Origin: Dehalococcoidia bacterium
GTDB taxonomy: Bacteria > Chloroflexota > Dehalococcoidia > Lucifugimonadales > Australimonadaceae
DNA: 32,000 nucleotides
Direction of reading: 5' to 3'
NCBI GenBank assembly: GCA_034423175.1
Contig: DAOUJA010000070.1
Span: forward strand, 124,510-156,509
In this document: positions 8,074-16,067 of the stretch, in pieces
How the letters are laid out: the number at the start of each line of letters is the position of its first letter
How positions within the stretch are numbered: the first letter of the stretch is position 1
Notes under the pieces: generated by a model
Databases searched by the model: none
What the model was told of the DNA's origin: nothing
Seen by the model: the letters and a program-made list of their open reading frames with translations, nothing else
Made by a program: the position numbers and the translations under genes

Positions 8074-8340
8074 CCATAGACTGCGTTTATAGCTCATGGC
8101 TTCAGCCATCAACGGCGTCTATGGCTGCAACGCAGAACTTTGAATTCGTTGGCCCCCTTGCCCCCTTGGTCGCGGGAAGCAGGCCGTGGCCTTGCAAACA
8201 GCCCAAACCAAGGGGGCCAAGGGGGCCAAACCGGCAGCCCGATCCACTCGTAATCTCAGACCAAGGGGCCAGAATGCGAAGCCGGTTGGCCCTCTTGGTC
8301 GGTCCCTCGACACCCGGCCTCTGGCCAAACCAGCCTTGGT
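8074..8340. repeat. Cluster of nested inverted/direct repeats in a 452-bp non-coding gap (REP/BIME-like array or structured RNA)
   Basis: CCATAGAC/GTCTATGG (8074-8081 / 8117-8124); CTGCGTT/AACGCAG (8081-8087 / 8129-8135); ATGGCT-tc-AGCCAT (8096-8109). There is a 22-bp hairpin at 8149-8170 / 8207-8229 and a 13-bp hairpin at 8259-8271 / 8287-8300, plus a degenerate unit at 8321-8340. Confidence 0.6.
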
Positions 8341-8350
8341 GAGCGATAAT
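8322..8350 (+). promoter_or_regulatory. Candidate rpsT promoter (TGGCCA-17 nt-GATAAT)
   Basis: GATAAT at 8345-8350 and TGGCCA at 8322-8327, about 40 nt upstream of the rpsT ATG. The -35 lies inside the last repeat unit of the array. Confidence 0.3.
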
Positions 8351-8388
8351 GGGCCGTCAGCGACAAGATCAGGTCTCACGGAGCACCA

Positions 8389-8643
8389 ATGCCAGCGAAG
8401 AAAGCAGCAAGAGTCCAGGAGCGCCGCCGCATCGTCAACCGACGCGTCCGCTCCAGCACGCGCACGGCGGTCAAGAAGGCCGTCCGCGCGCTCAACTCCA
8501 GCAGCGACACGGCGGGCGGCGCCGTCCTCACGGCGGTCAGCAGGCTGGACCGCGCCGTCTCCAGGGGCATCGTCCACCGCAACGCCGCCGCGCGCAGCAA
8601 GTCCCGCCTCACCCGTCGGCTCAACGCCCTCTCCGCCGAGTAG
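8389..8643 (+). CDS. rpsT: 30S ribosomal protein S20
   Basis: 84 aa and basic. MPAKKAARVQERRRIVNRRVRSS...IVHRNAAARSKSRL matches the S20 pattern. GGAG at 8380-8383 lies 5 nt before the ATG. Confidence 0.9.
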   Translation: MPAKKAARVQERRRIVNRRVRSSTRTAVKKAVRALNSSSDTAGGAVLTAVSRLDRAVSRGIVHRNAAARSKSRLTRRLNALSAE

Positions 8644-8690
8644 GGACGCCGGGTGGAGCGCAACCCCGTGCAAACTGCGACACCATACAG

Positions 8691-8719
8691 TTGACAGCGC
8701 TCGCGCAGCCTCCTACTCT
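8691..8719 (+). promoter_or_regulatory. lexA promoter (TTGACA-17 nt-TACTCT)
   Basis: TTGACA at 8691-8696 and TACTCT at 8714-8719. The SOS box starts 3 nt downstream of the -10. Confidence 0.55.
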
Positions 8720-8721
8720 TT

Positions 8722-8735
8722 AGAACGCACGTTCT
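8722..8735. promoter_or_regulatory. LexA operator (Cheo-type SOS box AGAAC-GCAC-GTTCT)
   Basis: A perfect palindrome AGAACGCACGTTCT (GAAC-N4-GTTC core) lies between the -10 and the lexA start codon at 8758. Confidence 0.8.
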
Positions 8736-8757
8736 GAATCCCGCACGGAGGCCGCTC

Positions 8758-9405
8758 ATGCCATCGCTCTCGACGCGCCAGCAGCAGATCCTCGATTTCC
8801 TGCACGAGTACCACACCGACCGCAGCTACATGCCCTCCATCCGCGAGATCCAGCTCGCGTGCGGCATCAGCTCCACCTCCGTCGTCGACTACAACCTCCG
8901 GCTCATGGAGCGCGACGGCTACATCCGCCGCTCGCCCGACATCTCCCGCGCCATAGAACTCGTCGGCGACTCGGACGTCGACCTCGTCGAGGTCGCCCGC
9001 GTCCCGGTCCTGGGCGCGATCGCCGCCGGCGAACCGATACCCGTCCCCGAGGCTTCAGCCTACGCGGACGAGGACCGCGACTCGCTCGCGCTCCCTCCCG
9101 AACTGACGCCTCGCGACCCCAGCAACCTCTATGCCCTCCGCGTCAAGGGCTACTCGATGATCGACGCCTTCGTGACTGACGGCGACATTGTGGTGCTGCG
9201 CCACACGCGCGACGCGCGCAACGGCGACATGGTCGCGGCCTGGCTCCCCATGCAGGAGGAGGCGACACTCAAGCACTTCTACCTGGAGGGCGACCACGTC
9301 CGCCTCATGCCCGCGAACCCGGACATGGAGCCGATCATCGTCCCGGCCGACAGCGTGCAGGTGCACGGGAAGGTCGTCGCCGTGATGCGGCGGGTCGCCG
9401 CGTAG
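8758..9405 (+). CDS. lexA: LexA repressor (S24 self-cleaving transcriptional repressor)
   Basis: 215 aa. It has an N-terminal wHTH (LSTRQQQILDFL...PSIREIQLACGISSTSVV), a cleavage region VPVLGAIAAGEPI, and the catalytic motif VKGYSMIDA with a lysine in EATLKHFY. Confidence 0.95.
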   Translation: MPSLSTRQQQILDFLHEYHTDRSYMPSIREIQLACGISSTSVVDYNLRLMERDGYIRRSPDISRAIELVGDSDVDLVEVARVPVLGAIAAGEPIPVPEASAYADEDRDSLALPPELTPRDPSNLYALRVKGYSMIDAFVTDGDIVVLRHTRDARNGDMVAAWLPMQEEATLKHFYLEGDHVRLMPANPDMEPIIVPADSVQVHGKVVAVMRRVAA

Positions 9406-9448
9406 CCGTGGGCGACTTCCCCGCCAAGCCGCTGGTCGCAGTCGCTCC

Positions 9449-9901
9449 ATGATCGCCGTACGCCGCGCCAACCGGGACGACCTTGCGTTCATCGTCGACG
9501 CGCAGATGGCGATGGCCGTAGAGAGCGAGGGCGCGGAGCTCGACCGCACGACGCTCACGGAGGGCGTCCGCGCCGTGCTGGAAGACCGGGTACACGCGGA
9601 GTACTGGCTCGCCGAGGAGGACGAGGTCCCCGTCGGGATGCTGATGACCGTCACGGAGTGGAGCGACTGGCGGAACGGCACCGTGCTCTGGATCCACTCG
9701 GTCTACGTCGTGCCGGAAGCGCGCCGCCGCGGGGTCTACTCGACGCTCTACGAGCACCTGCGTGCTCAGGTGGAGCGCTCCGATGAACTCGTGGGGCTGC
9801 GTCTCTACGTCGACAAGGGCAACGAGCCCGCTCAGCGCACCTATGAGGCGCTCGGCATGACCCGCGACCACTACCACCTCTACGAGTGGCTGAAACCCTG
9901 A
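9449..9901 (+). CDS. GNAT family N-acetyltransferase
   Basis: 150 aa. The motif A region VYVVPEARRRGVYSTLYEHL (Q/RxxGxG/A-like) and overall length are typical of GNATs. Confidence 0.85.
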   Translation: MIAVRRANRDDLAFIVDAQMAMAVESEGAELDRTTLTEGVRAVLEDRVHAEYWLAEEDEVPVGMLMTVTEWSDWRNGTVLWIHSVYVVPEARRRGVYSTLYEHLRAQVERSDELVGLRLYVDKGNEPAQRTYEALGMTRDHYHLYEWLKP

Positions 9902-9919
9902 TCCCTTGGGGGATGGTGT

Positions 9920-10171
9920 CTAGTCGGACGACGGCAGCTTGCGCGCCGCCAGCATCTCCATCGGACGCCCGTCGCAGTGGATGCGGGATGTGCCCGCCTT
10001 GGTGCACAGCACCATGATGCCCGTCGTCTCGTCCTGGTAGCGCTTGCCGAGCTGGTCGGCCTCGCCGTCCGTGGCGGGAGTGCAGGACAGCTCCCCGTCC
10101 CCGCCCTTCGTGATCATGTACTGCGCCCCCAGGTCGGCGCACTCCAGACGCTTGCCGGTCTCAGCAGCCAT
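9920..10171 (-). CDS. Small desulforedoxin-like / zinc-ribbon-like protein, two tandem degenerate modules
   Basis: 83 aa. GKRLECADLGAQYMITKGGDGELSC and GKRYQDETTGIMVLCTKAGTSRIHCDGRPM resemble the GKRYxCxxCGxxVLxTKxGxGxLxCCGxPM module, and the tail is KLPSSD. GGAGGG lies 5 nt upstream of the ATG on the minus strand. Confidence 0.55.
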   Translation of the reverse strand: MAAETGKRLECADLGAQYMITKGGDGELSCTPATDGEADQLGKRYQDETTGIMVLCTKAGTSRIHCDGRPMEMLAARKLPSSD

Positions 10172-10269
10172 CCGTCCCTCCGGTAGCGTAGGGTTAACGA
10201 AGCAATATTAGCAGAGGCGGGCAGGCGCGCCGAATGCCGGCGGCAGCCCGCGACCGAGAGGAGGTGAGC

Positions 10270-11457
10270 GTGGCCATCGCGTCGAACGTCAGGCAGCACA
10301 TGGAGAACAGCTCGTGGATACGGCGCATGTTCGAGCTCGGCATCGCCCTCAAGCGTGAGCGCGGGGAGGAAAACGTCTTCGACCTCTCGCTCGGAAACCC
10401 CGTCGTCGAGCCGCCGTCCGAGTTTTTCGACGCGCTGCGAAGCCTCGCCGACGCCCCGGCGCCCGGCGCCCACCGCTACATGCCCAACGCCGGCTACCCG
10501 GAGACGCGCCAGGCCGTCGCCGAGACGCTCGCGGAAGAGACCGGCCTGCCGTACGGCGTGCAGCACGTGATGATGGCCTCCGGGGCGGCGGCCGCGCTCA
10601 ACGTCGCCATCCGCGCCGTTTGCGACCCGGGCGACGAGGTCGTCATCCTCACGCCTTACTTCGCAGAGTACCTCTTCTACGCCTACAACCACGGCGCGGT
10701 CCCGGTCGTCGTTGGCTGCGGCGACGACTTCACCCCTGACCTGGAGGAGCTGGAGCGCAAGCTCACCCCGCGCTCCAGGGTCGTCATCTTCAACTCACCC
10801 AACAACCCCTCGGGCGTCATCTACCCGCAGTCGTTCATCTCCGATCTCGCGGCACTGCTCCGCCGCAAGAGTGACGAACTGGGAGCCGACATCTACCTCG
10901 TCAGCGACGAGCCGTACCGCCGCATCATCTACGACGGCCTCGCCTACCCGTTCCCGCAGCACGAGTACGAGCGGACCATCACCGCGACGTCCCACGCAAA
11001 GGACCTCGCGCTCCCGGGCGACCGCATCGGCTACCTGGCGGTGCACCCGGGCTGCCAGGAGGCGGGCGAGCTGATGGACGCGTTCGTCTTCTGCAACCGC
11101 GTGCTCGGTTTCGTGAATGCTCCCGCCATCATGCAGCACCTCGTGCGTGGCCTGCAGCGCGTGACCGTAGACGTCGGCGACTACCAGGCGAAGCGGGACT
11201 ACCTCTGCGACATGCTCACGTCGGCGGGCTACAACGTCCGCAAGCCGGAGGGTGCGTTCTACCTGTTTCCGCAGTCCCCGGTGGAGGACGAGATGCTGCT
11301 CATCCAGGCGCTGCAGGACGAGGGCGTGCTCGTCGTGCCGGGTCGCGGGTTCGGCATGCCGGGCTACTTCCGCATCTCGTACTGCGTGCAGCAGTCCACG
11401 CTGGAAGGCGCTGCGCCCGGCTTCCGCGCCGCCTTCGAAAAGCTGCGGGCAGCCTAG
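10270..11457 (+). CDS. Pyridoxal-phosphate-dependent aminotransferase, class I/II
   Basis: It has SLGNP, an NSPNNPSG(V) motif and a Schiff-base lysine context SHAKDLALPGDRIGY. GAGGAGG at 10258-10264 favours the GTG start at 10270 over the ORF-track start at 10234. Confidence 0.9.
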   Translation: MAIASNVRQHMENSSWIRRMFELGIALKRERGEENVFDLSLGNPVVEPPSEFFDALRSLADAPAPGAHRYMPNAGYPETRQAVAETLAEETGLPYGVQHVMMASGAAAALNVAIRAVCDPGDEVVILTPYFAEYLFYAYNHGAVPVVVGCGDDFTPDLEELERKLTPRSRVVIFNSPNNPSGVIYPQSFISDLAALLRRKSDELGADIYLVSDEPYRRIIYDGLAYPFPQHEYERTITATSHAKDLALPGDRIGYLAVHPGCQEAGELMDAFVFCNRVLGFVNAPAIMQHLVRGLQRVTVDVGDYQAKRDYLCDMLTSAGYNVRKPEGAFYLFPQSPVEDEMLLIQALQDEGVLVVPGRGFGMPGYFRISYCVQQSTLEGAAPGFRAAFEKLRAA

Positions 11458-11554
11458 GTGGGACTGCCGCCGGTGAAGCGTCGCGCAGGCCGACGCGCTA
11501 TCATGGAAGCGACGCCCTCGCAATGAAGCGGGGGCAAGGCAGGAGCGACAGGCC

Positions 11555-12460
11555 ATGATCCAACCCCGCCGCCTGGGCCGGGACAACCAACTCCGGGCAC
11601 GCATGCTCTTCACGATGCTGCTGCTCGGGCTCGTGTACGGACTCTTCCTCTGGTTCCTCGTATCCGTCGCGGGCGCGACCGTGATGCTCGGTTTCGCCGT
11701 CGTGCTGGTGCTCGTGCAGTTCTTTCTCTCGGACAAACTCGTGCTCACTTCGATGCGCGCGAAGGTTGTAACGCCCGAGGAAGCGCCGGAATTGCACGCG
11801 ATGGTCGACCGGCTCGCCGCAACGGCGGGCATACCGAAGCCGAAGGTGGCCGTCGCGGACATGGCTGTGCCGAACGCATTCGCCACAGGGCGTAGCCAGA
11901 AGCACGCGGCGGTCGCCGTCACCACCGGGCTGATGCGGGTCCTGAATGAGCGGGAACTCGAGGGCGTGCTCGCCCACGAGATAAGTCACATCGCCTCGCG
12001 TGACGTGCAGGTGATGACGTACGCCAGTTTCCTCTCCGTCGTCGCCTCGACGCTCATGTCTCTCTTCTTCTGGTCGGCGCTCTTTGGCGGGGGCTTCGGG
12101 CGCAGCCGGAGCAGCGGCGGCGGGTACATCATGATCGCCTACCTGGTCACCATCCTCGTATGGGTGATCAGCCAGGTGCTCATCGCCGCGCTCTCGCGCT
12201 ACCGCGAGTACGCGGCCGACCGGGGCGCCGCTATCCTCACCAACCGCCCCCGGGACCTGGCGAATGCGCTCCAGCGCATCAGCGGCTCCATCACCGGACT
12301 GCCCGAGAACGACCTCCGGCGCGCCGAGACGCTCAACGCCTTCTTCATCATGCCCGCCATTGGCGACGGTTTCGCCAGTGTCTTCGCGACCCACCCCCCG
12401 ATGGCCCGCCGCATCGAGCGCCTGCTCGAACTGGAGCGGACGACGATGCTGACAGGTTGA
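11555..12460 (+). CDS. htpX: Zinc metalloprotease HtpX (peptidase M48)
   Basis: 301 aa with N-terminal TM helices, the HEISH zinc motif (LAHEISHIASRD), ADRGAA and a C-terminal THPPMARRI. Confidence 0.9.
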   Translation: MIQPRRLGRDNQLRARMLFTMLLLGLVYGLFLWFLVSVAGATVMLGFAVVLVLVQFFLSDKLVLTSMRAKVVTPEEAPELHAMVDRLAATAGIPKPKVAVADMAVPNAFATGRSQKHAAVAVTTGLMRVLNERELEGVLAHEISHIASRDVQVMTYASFLSVVASTLMSLFFWSALFGGGFGRSRSSGGGYIMIAYLVTILVWVISQVLIAALSRYREYAADRGAAILTNRPRDLANALQRISGSITGLPENDLRRAETLNAFFIMPAIGDGFASVFATHPPMARRIERLLELERTTMLTG

Positions 12461-12465
12461 TCCCG

Positions 12466-13035
12466 ATGTGCCGGTTCTTCTCCAAGCCACGCAACGCCGA
12501 GTGGAGCGAGGCGCAAGACGCGATGGGCCGCGCCGCCGAGGTGTTCGAGCAGGTCCTCGATACGTTGACGACCGGCAAGGTGGGCGTACTCGTCCGCCCG
12601 TCCGAGGACCAGAACGCCGTGCAGGCGAAAGCTGAACTGGAGCGGGCTCTGGCGCACCTGAAGTCCGGCGACGCGCCGCAGTGGGACGTGGTGCTGGACG
12701 ATTCAGAGCATCCCCATCCCTGGATCATCGTGCAGGACTCCAGACTGCCCGGACTGGCGAATTCGACCCGCATCGTGGGAGAGACCCTGACGTCAGTGGG
12801 TATCGGCCCGCGGGTGCTCGCAGCGGTCTATCAGTTCACGTGGAAGGGGCAGAACATCTACTGGATCTACCAGCCGCGTATCAGGGCCTTCACGCCGTTC
12901 GCTCCCGCCCCGAACGGTCCCCAGGAGACCCGCGACCATCCCCTGGAGCTGCGGATGGAGCAGGCGTCGCGCCGGGACATCCCCACCACCCGCGCCATCA
13001 AGGAGTGGTACCCCATCTGGGGCCTGCCCTTCTAG
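12466..13035 (+). CDS. Conserved hypothetical protein, PspAB-like (PspA-associated family); assignment from memory
   Basis: 189 aa from the ATG at 12466, 5 nt after the htpX stop. The ORF-track start at 12160 overlaps htpX. The C-terminal pattern FTPFAP...RDHPLELR...WYPIWGLPF resembles proteins annotated PspA-associated PspAB next to htpX in actinobacterial genomes. Confidence 0.6.
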   Translation: MCRFFSKPRNAEWSEAQDAMGRAAEVFEQVLDTLTTGKVGVLVRPSEDQNAVQAKAELERALAHLKSGDAPQWDVVLDDSEHPHPWIIVQDSRLPGLANSTRIVGETLTSVGIGPRVLAAVYQFTWKGQNIYWIYQPRIRAFTPFAPAPNGPQETRDHPLELRMEQASRRDIPTTRAIKEWYPIWGLPF

Positions 13036-13235
13036 CCGCCTCCCTCGCCGGAGGTGGATGTCCGGCGTTTCAACATGCGGCGCGCCCAGAGGATCAGCGC
13101 CGCATCCAGCACGGGGAGCAGCAGAAGGGCTCCCCACCAGGTCAGCGGCGTGAACAGCGCCAGCAACACCACGAGGGCCGCCAGCAGACCCAACCCCACC
13201 ACCAGCAGGGCCCCTATTGCCATCATGTCGTTCAT
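13032..13235 (-). CDS. Small two-TM membrane protein (hypothetical)
   Basis: 67 aa with two hydrophobic helices and a basic/Gly tail. Third-position GC is very high (about 85%, hand count), consistent with coding. There is no clear SD. Its stop overlaps the stop of the convergent gene at a CTAG. Confidence 0.45.
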   Translation of the reverse strand: MNDMMAIGALLVVGLGLLAALVVLLALFTPLTWWGALLLLPVLDAALILWARRMLKRRTSTSGEGGG

Positions 13236-13314
13236 CGGCGCAAGTATAGGCTTCCCGCGCCCGGTGGTAGTATCTCCGCACTGGCATCAGCGGCGCGATG
13301 ACACGCATACCCGA

Positions 13315-15810
13315 ATGACTACCGGAGCCGAAGAGCAGCAGCACGAACGGCACGTCGTCCTGCCTATCGAGGGGATGACCTGCGCCGCGTGCGTGAGTAC
13401 CGTAACGAATGCTCTCTCCGGCGTTGGCGGTGTATCGGGGGTCGTCGTAAACCTTGCCTCGGAGACGGCGGCGGTGACGTTCGCTCCGTCGGAGCGGCGC
13501 ATCGCCGCGATGCGGGACGCCGTGCGGTCGGTCGGCTACGGCATGGCGGAAGAGAGCGCGGTGCTCACCGTGCCAGGCCTCGCCGACGCCGAGATGGCGA
13601 AGGCGCTGGAAACGCGGCTCGCCGACGTGGACGGCGTGCTCGGCACGTCATCGAACCTCGCCGCCGAGCAGATCGTGCTCACCGTCGTCCCCGGCGCCGT
13701 CGCACCGGCCACGTTGCGGGACGCCGCGGCAGCGGGCGGTTTCAGCGGCGCGTACGTCACTGGCGCCGACGCCATGTCCGCCGAGCTGGAGCGGCTGTCG
13801 CGCCGAGCGGAGATACGCGGCTTCCGCAACCGCGCCGCCTTCAGCCTTGCCGTCGCCGCCGCGATCATGCTGCTGATGGTCGTCCCGGCTGTCGAGAGGG
13901 CGTTGGGCATGGCCTGGCTGAACGCCGTTGCGCTGGTGCTGGCGACGCCGGTGCAGTTCGGCGCGGCGCGGCAGATCTACGCGAGCGCGTGGAGCGCACT
14001 GCGGCACCGCACCTCCAACATGAACACGCTCATCGCGCTCGGTTCGTCGACCGCCTGGTTCTATAGCGCCGCCGTAACACTCTCCGGCAGCGCGATCGGC
14101 AGCGGTCACACGTACTTCGACACTTCTACCGCCATCATCGCGCTCGTCCTGTTCGGCAGGCTGCTGGAAGCCAGGGCGAAGGGCAGTGCGTCAGACGCCA
14201 TTCGCGCACTCATCGGCATGCAGCCGCAGACCGCCCGCGTCACGCGGAACAACGAGGAGCAGGAACTGCCCGCCGGCGACGTCCTCCCCGGCGATGCCGT
14301 CAGCATCCGACCCGGCGAGCGCATCCCCGTAGACGGCATCGTCACCGATGGGACGACCGCCGTCGACGAGTCCATGCTCACCGGCGAGAGCGTCCCGGTC
14401 GAGAAGCGCATCGGCGACGTCGTGTTCGGCGGCTCGGTGAACGCGTCGGGGAGCATCGCCATCGAGGCGACCAAGGTGGGGAGCGCTACCGCCATCGCGC
14501 AGATCATCCGGCTGGTGCAGCAGGCGCAGGGCTCCCGCGCTCCCGTGCAGCGGCTCGCCGATACCGTGGCGGCGTACTTCGTACCTGGCGTTCTCGCTAT
14601 CGCCGCGGTCACGTTCCTGGCCTGGTGGCAATTGGGTCCTGAGCCCGCACTCAACACCGCGATGCTCAACGCCATCGCCGTGCTCATCATCGCGTGTCCC
14701 TGCGCGCTGGGGCTGGCCACGCCGACGGCGGTCATGGTCGGCGCTGGCGTCGGCGCACGCCACGGCATACTCGTCCGAGGTGCAGAGGCACTGGAGCGCG
14801 CACACCGGCTGGATACGGTCGTGTTCGACAAGACGGGCACGCTGACGCAGGGAAAACCGCATGTGACGGACGTTCTTGCGCGGGAGGTCTCGGAAGACGA
14901 GTTGCTGGCGCTGGCCGCGGCCGTGGAGTTGCACAGCGAGCATCCGGTGGCGGCAGCGGTCGTACAGGCTGCGCGGGACCGGGGGATCGCGCTGCAGCGC
15001 GCCGCCAACTTCCAGGCTGCGCCGGGGCTCGGCGTGCGGGGGACCGTGGACGTGGACTCCGTCACCGTCGGTGGCCTCGGGCTCGTGCGAGAGGCTGGCA
15101 TCGCCCTCGGCGGCACGGCGGAATCGGCGGCACGTGTGCTCGCGGAAAGGGGCAGGACTCCGCTCGTGGTGCTGCGGAACGATGCGGTCATCGGCGTCAT
15201 CGGGATAGCTGACGCGGTCCGTGGCGAATCGGCGGAGGCTGTCGCAGCGCTCCAGAAGATGGGACTGGAAGTCGCGATGCTCTCCGGCGACGTTCGGCCG
15301 GTAGCGGTGAGTATCGCAGACCAGTTGGGCATAAAGCGCGTCATGGCGGAAGTGCTGCCTGGCGCCAAGGCCGCGGAAATTGAACGCCTGCAGCGACAGG
15401 GCAAGCGTGTCGCGATGGTCGGGGACGGCGTGAACGACGCTCCGGCGCTGACCCAGGCAGACGTGGGCGTCGCCATCGGCTCCGGGACGGACGCTGCCCT
15501 TGAAGCGGCGGACATCGCGCTCATGACATCGGACGTTCGTCTCACCGGCGCCGCCGTGCGACTCTCGCGTTCCACGATGCGCACTATCCGCCAGAACCTC
15601 GGGTGGGCATTCGGCTACAACCTCGTGCTCATTCCAGTCGCTGCGGGCGTGCTCCATCTCGTATTCGGCGACGGAGGCGTGCCGGAGGCGTGGCGCTGGG
15701 CGCTCGGAGAGCATGGTTTTCTCAACCCCATGCTCGCTGCGTTCGCCATGGCGTTCAGCTCGGTCTCCGTGGTCAGCAACAGCCTGCGTCTGAAGCGCTG
15801 GATGCCGTAG
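13315..15810 (+). CDS. copA: Copper-translocating P1B-type ATPase
   Basis: It has an HMA domain with GMTCAACV, a CPC motif ([12 protein letters not shown]), [19 protein letters not shown] and TGES. The start at ATG 13315 (MTTGAEEQQ...) is chosen because the ORF-track start at 13054 overlaps the minus-strand small ORF. Confidence 0.92.
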   Translation: MTTGAEEQQHERHVVLPIEGMTCAACVSTVTNALSGVGGVSGVVVNLASETAAVTFAPSERRIAAMRDAVRSVGYGMAEESAVLTVPGLADAEMAKALETRLADVDGVLGTSSNLAAEQIVLTVVPGAVAPATLRDAAAAGGFSGAYVTGADAMSAELERLSRRAEIRGFRNRAAFSLAVAAAIMLLMVVPAVERALGMAWLNAVALVLATPVQFGAARQIYASAWSALRHRTSNMNTLIALGSSTAWFYSAAVTLSGSAIGSGHTYFDTSTAIIALVLFGRLLEARAKGSASDAIRALIGMQPQTARVTRNNEEQELPAGDVLPGDAVSIRPGERIPVDGIVTDGTTAVDESMLTGESVPVEKRIGDVVFGGSVNASGSIAIEATKVGSATAIAQIIRLVQQAQGSRAPVQRLADTVAAYFVPGVLAIAAVTFLAWWQLGPEPALNTAMLNAIAVLIIACPCALGLATPTAVMVGAGVGARHGILVRGAEALERAHRLDTVVFDKTGTLTQGKPHVTDVLAREVSEDELLALAAAVELHSEHPVAAAVVQAARDRGIALQRAANFQAAPGLGVRGTVDVDSVTVGGLGLVREAGIALGGTAESAARVLAERGRTPLVVLRNDAVIGVIGIADAVRGESAEAVAALQKMGLEVAMLSGDVRPVAVSIADQLGIKRVMAEVLPGAKAAEIERLQRQGKRVAMVGDGVNDAPALTQADVGVAIGSGTDAALEAADIALMTSDVRLTGAAVRLSRSTMRTIRQNLGWAFGYNLVLIPVAAGVLHLVFGDGGVPEAWRWALGEHGFLNPMLAAFAMAFSSVSVVSNSLRLKRWMP

Positions 15811-15884
15811 AATGTCCGGACAGTGAGTACCCGGCCAAACGCCGACGACGAAGACGCGGCGTGACAGAGCGGTGAGGGAAACGC

Positions 15885-16067
15885 ATGAACCGACTGGACG
15901 TGATCTTCGGCAAACCGGGCGACACCGCCACGGACCCCGTCTGCAAGATGATCGTTCCGAAGTCCGACCCTCCCGGCGGGACCGCGGAACACGAAGGCGA
16001 GACGTACTACTTCTGCGCTCCGGGCTGCCGCAGCGCATTTGCGGACAACCCCGCACAGTTCCTGTAA
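15885..16067 (+). CDS. YHS/TRASH-domain metal-binding protein
   Basis: 60 aa. DPVCKM...YYFCAPGCRSAFADNP matches the YHS domain (DPVCGM...YYFCSxxCxxxF). It is immediately downstream of copA, with a GGTGAGGG RBS. Confidence 0.8.
   Translation: MNRLDVIFGKPGDTATDPVCKMIVPKSDPPGGTAEHEGETYYFCAPGCRSAFADNPAQFL

Noticed and set aside
8171-8206. GGGAAGCAGGCC in the loop of the 22-bp hairpin resembles the GGAAGCAGCC core of SRP (4.5S) RNA domain IV.
   Set aside because: The flanking sequence does not form the conserved GNRA-capped helix with symmetric and asymmetric loops. The long perfect stem made of tandem repeats is unlike SRP RNA. I also could not match the region to tRNA, tmRNA, RNase P or 6S RNA hallmarks by eye. 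An Infernal scan would settle it.
8149-8340. Possibility that the repeat cluster is a small CRISPR array.
   Set aside because: The units are only about 11 nt and occur in inverted as well as direct orientation. They have no uniform spacers, and no cas genes are in the window.
8052-8342. 96-aa ORF covering the repeat-rich gap upstream of rpsT.
   Set aside because: Its sequence (…PKPRGPRGPNRQPDP…) is simply the translation of the GGCCCCCTTGG repeat units and hairpins. It has no RBS and no protein-like composition.
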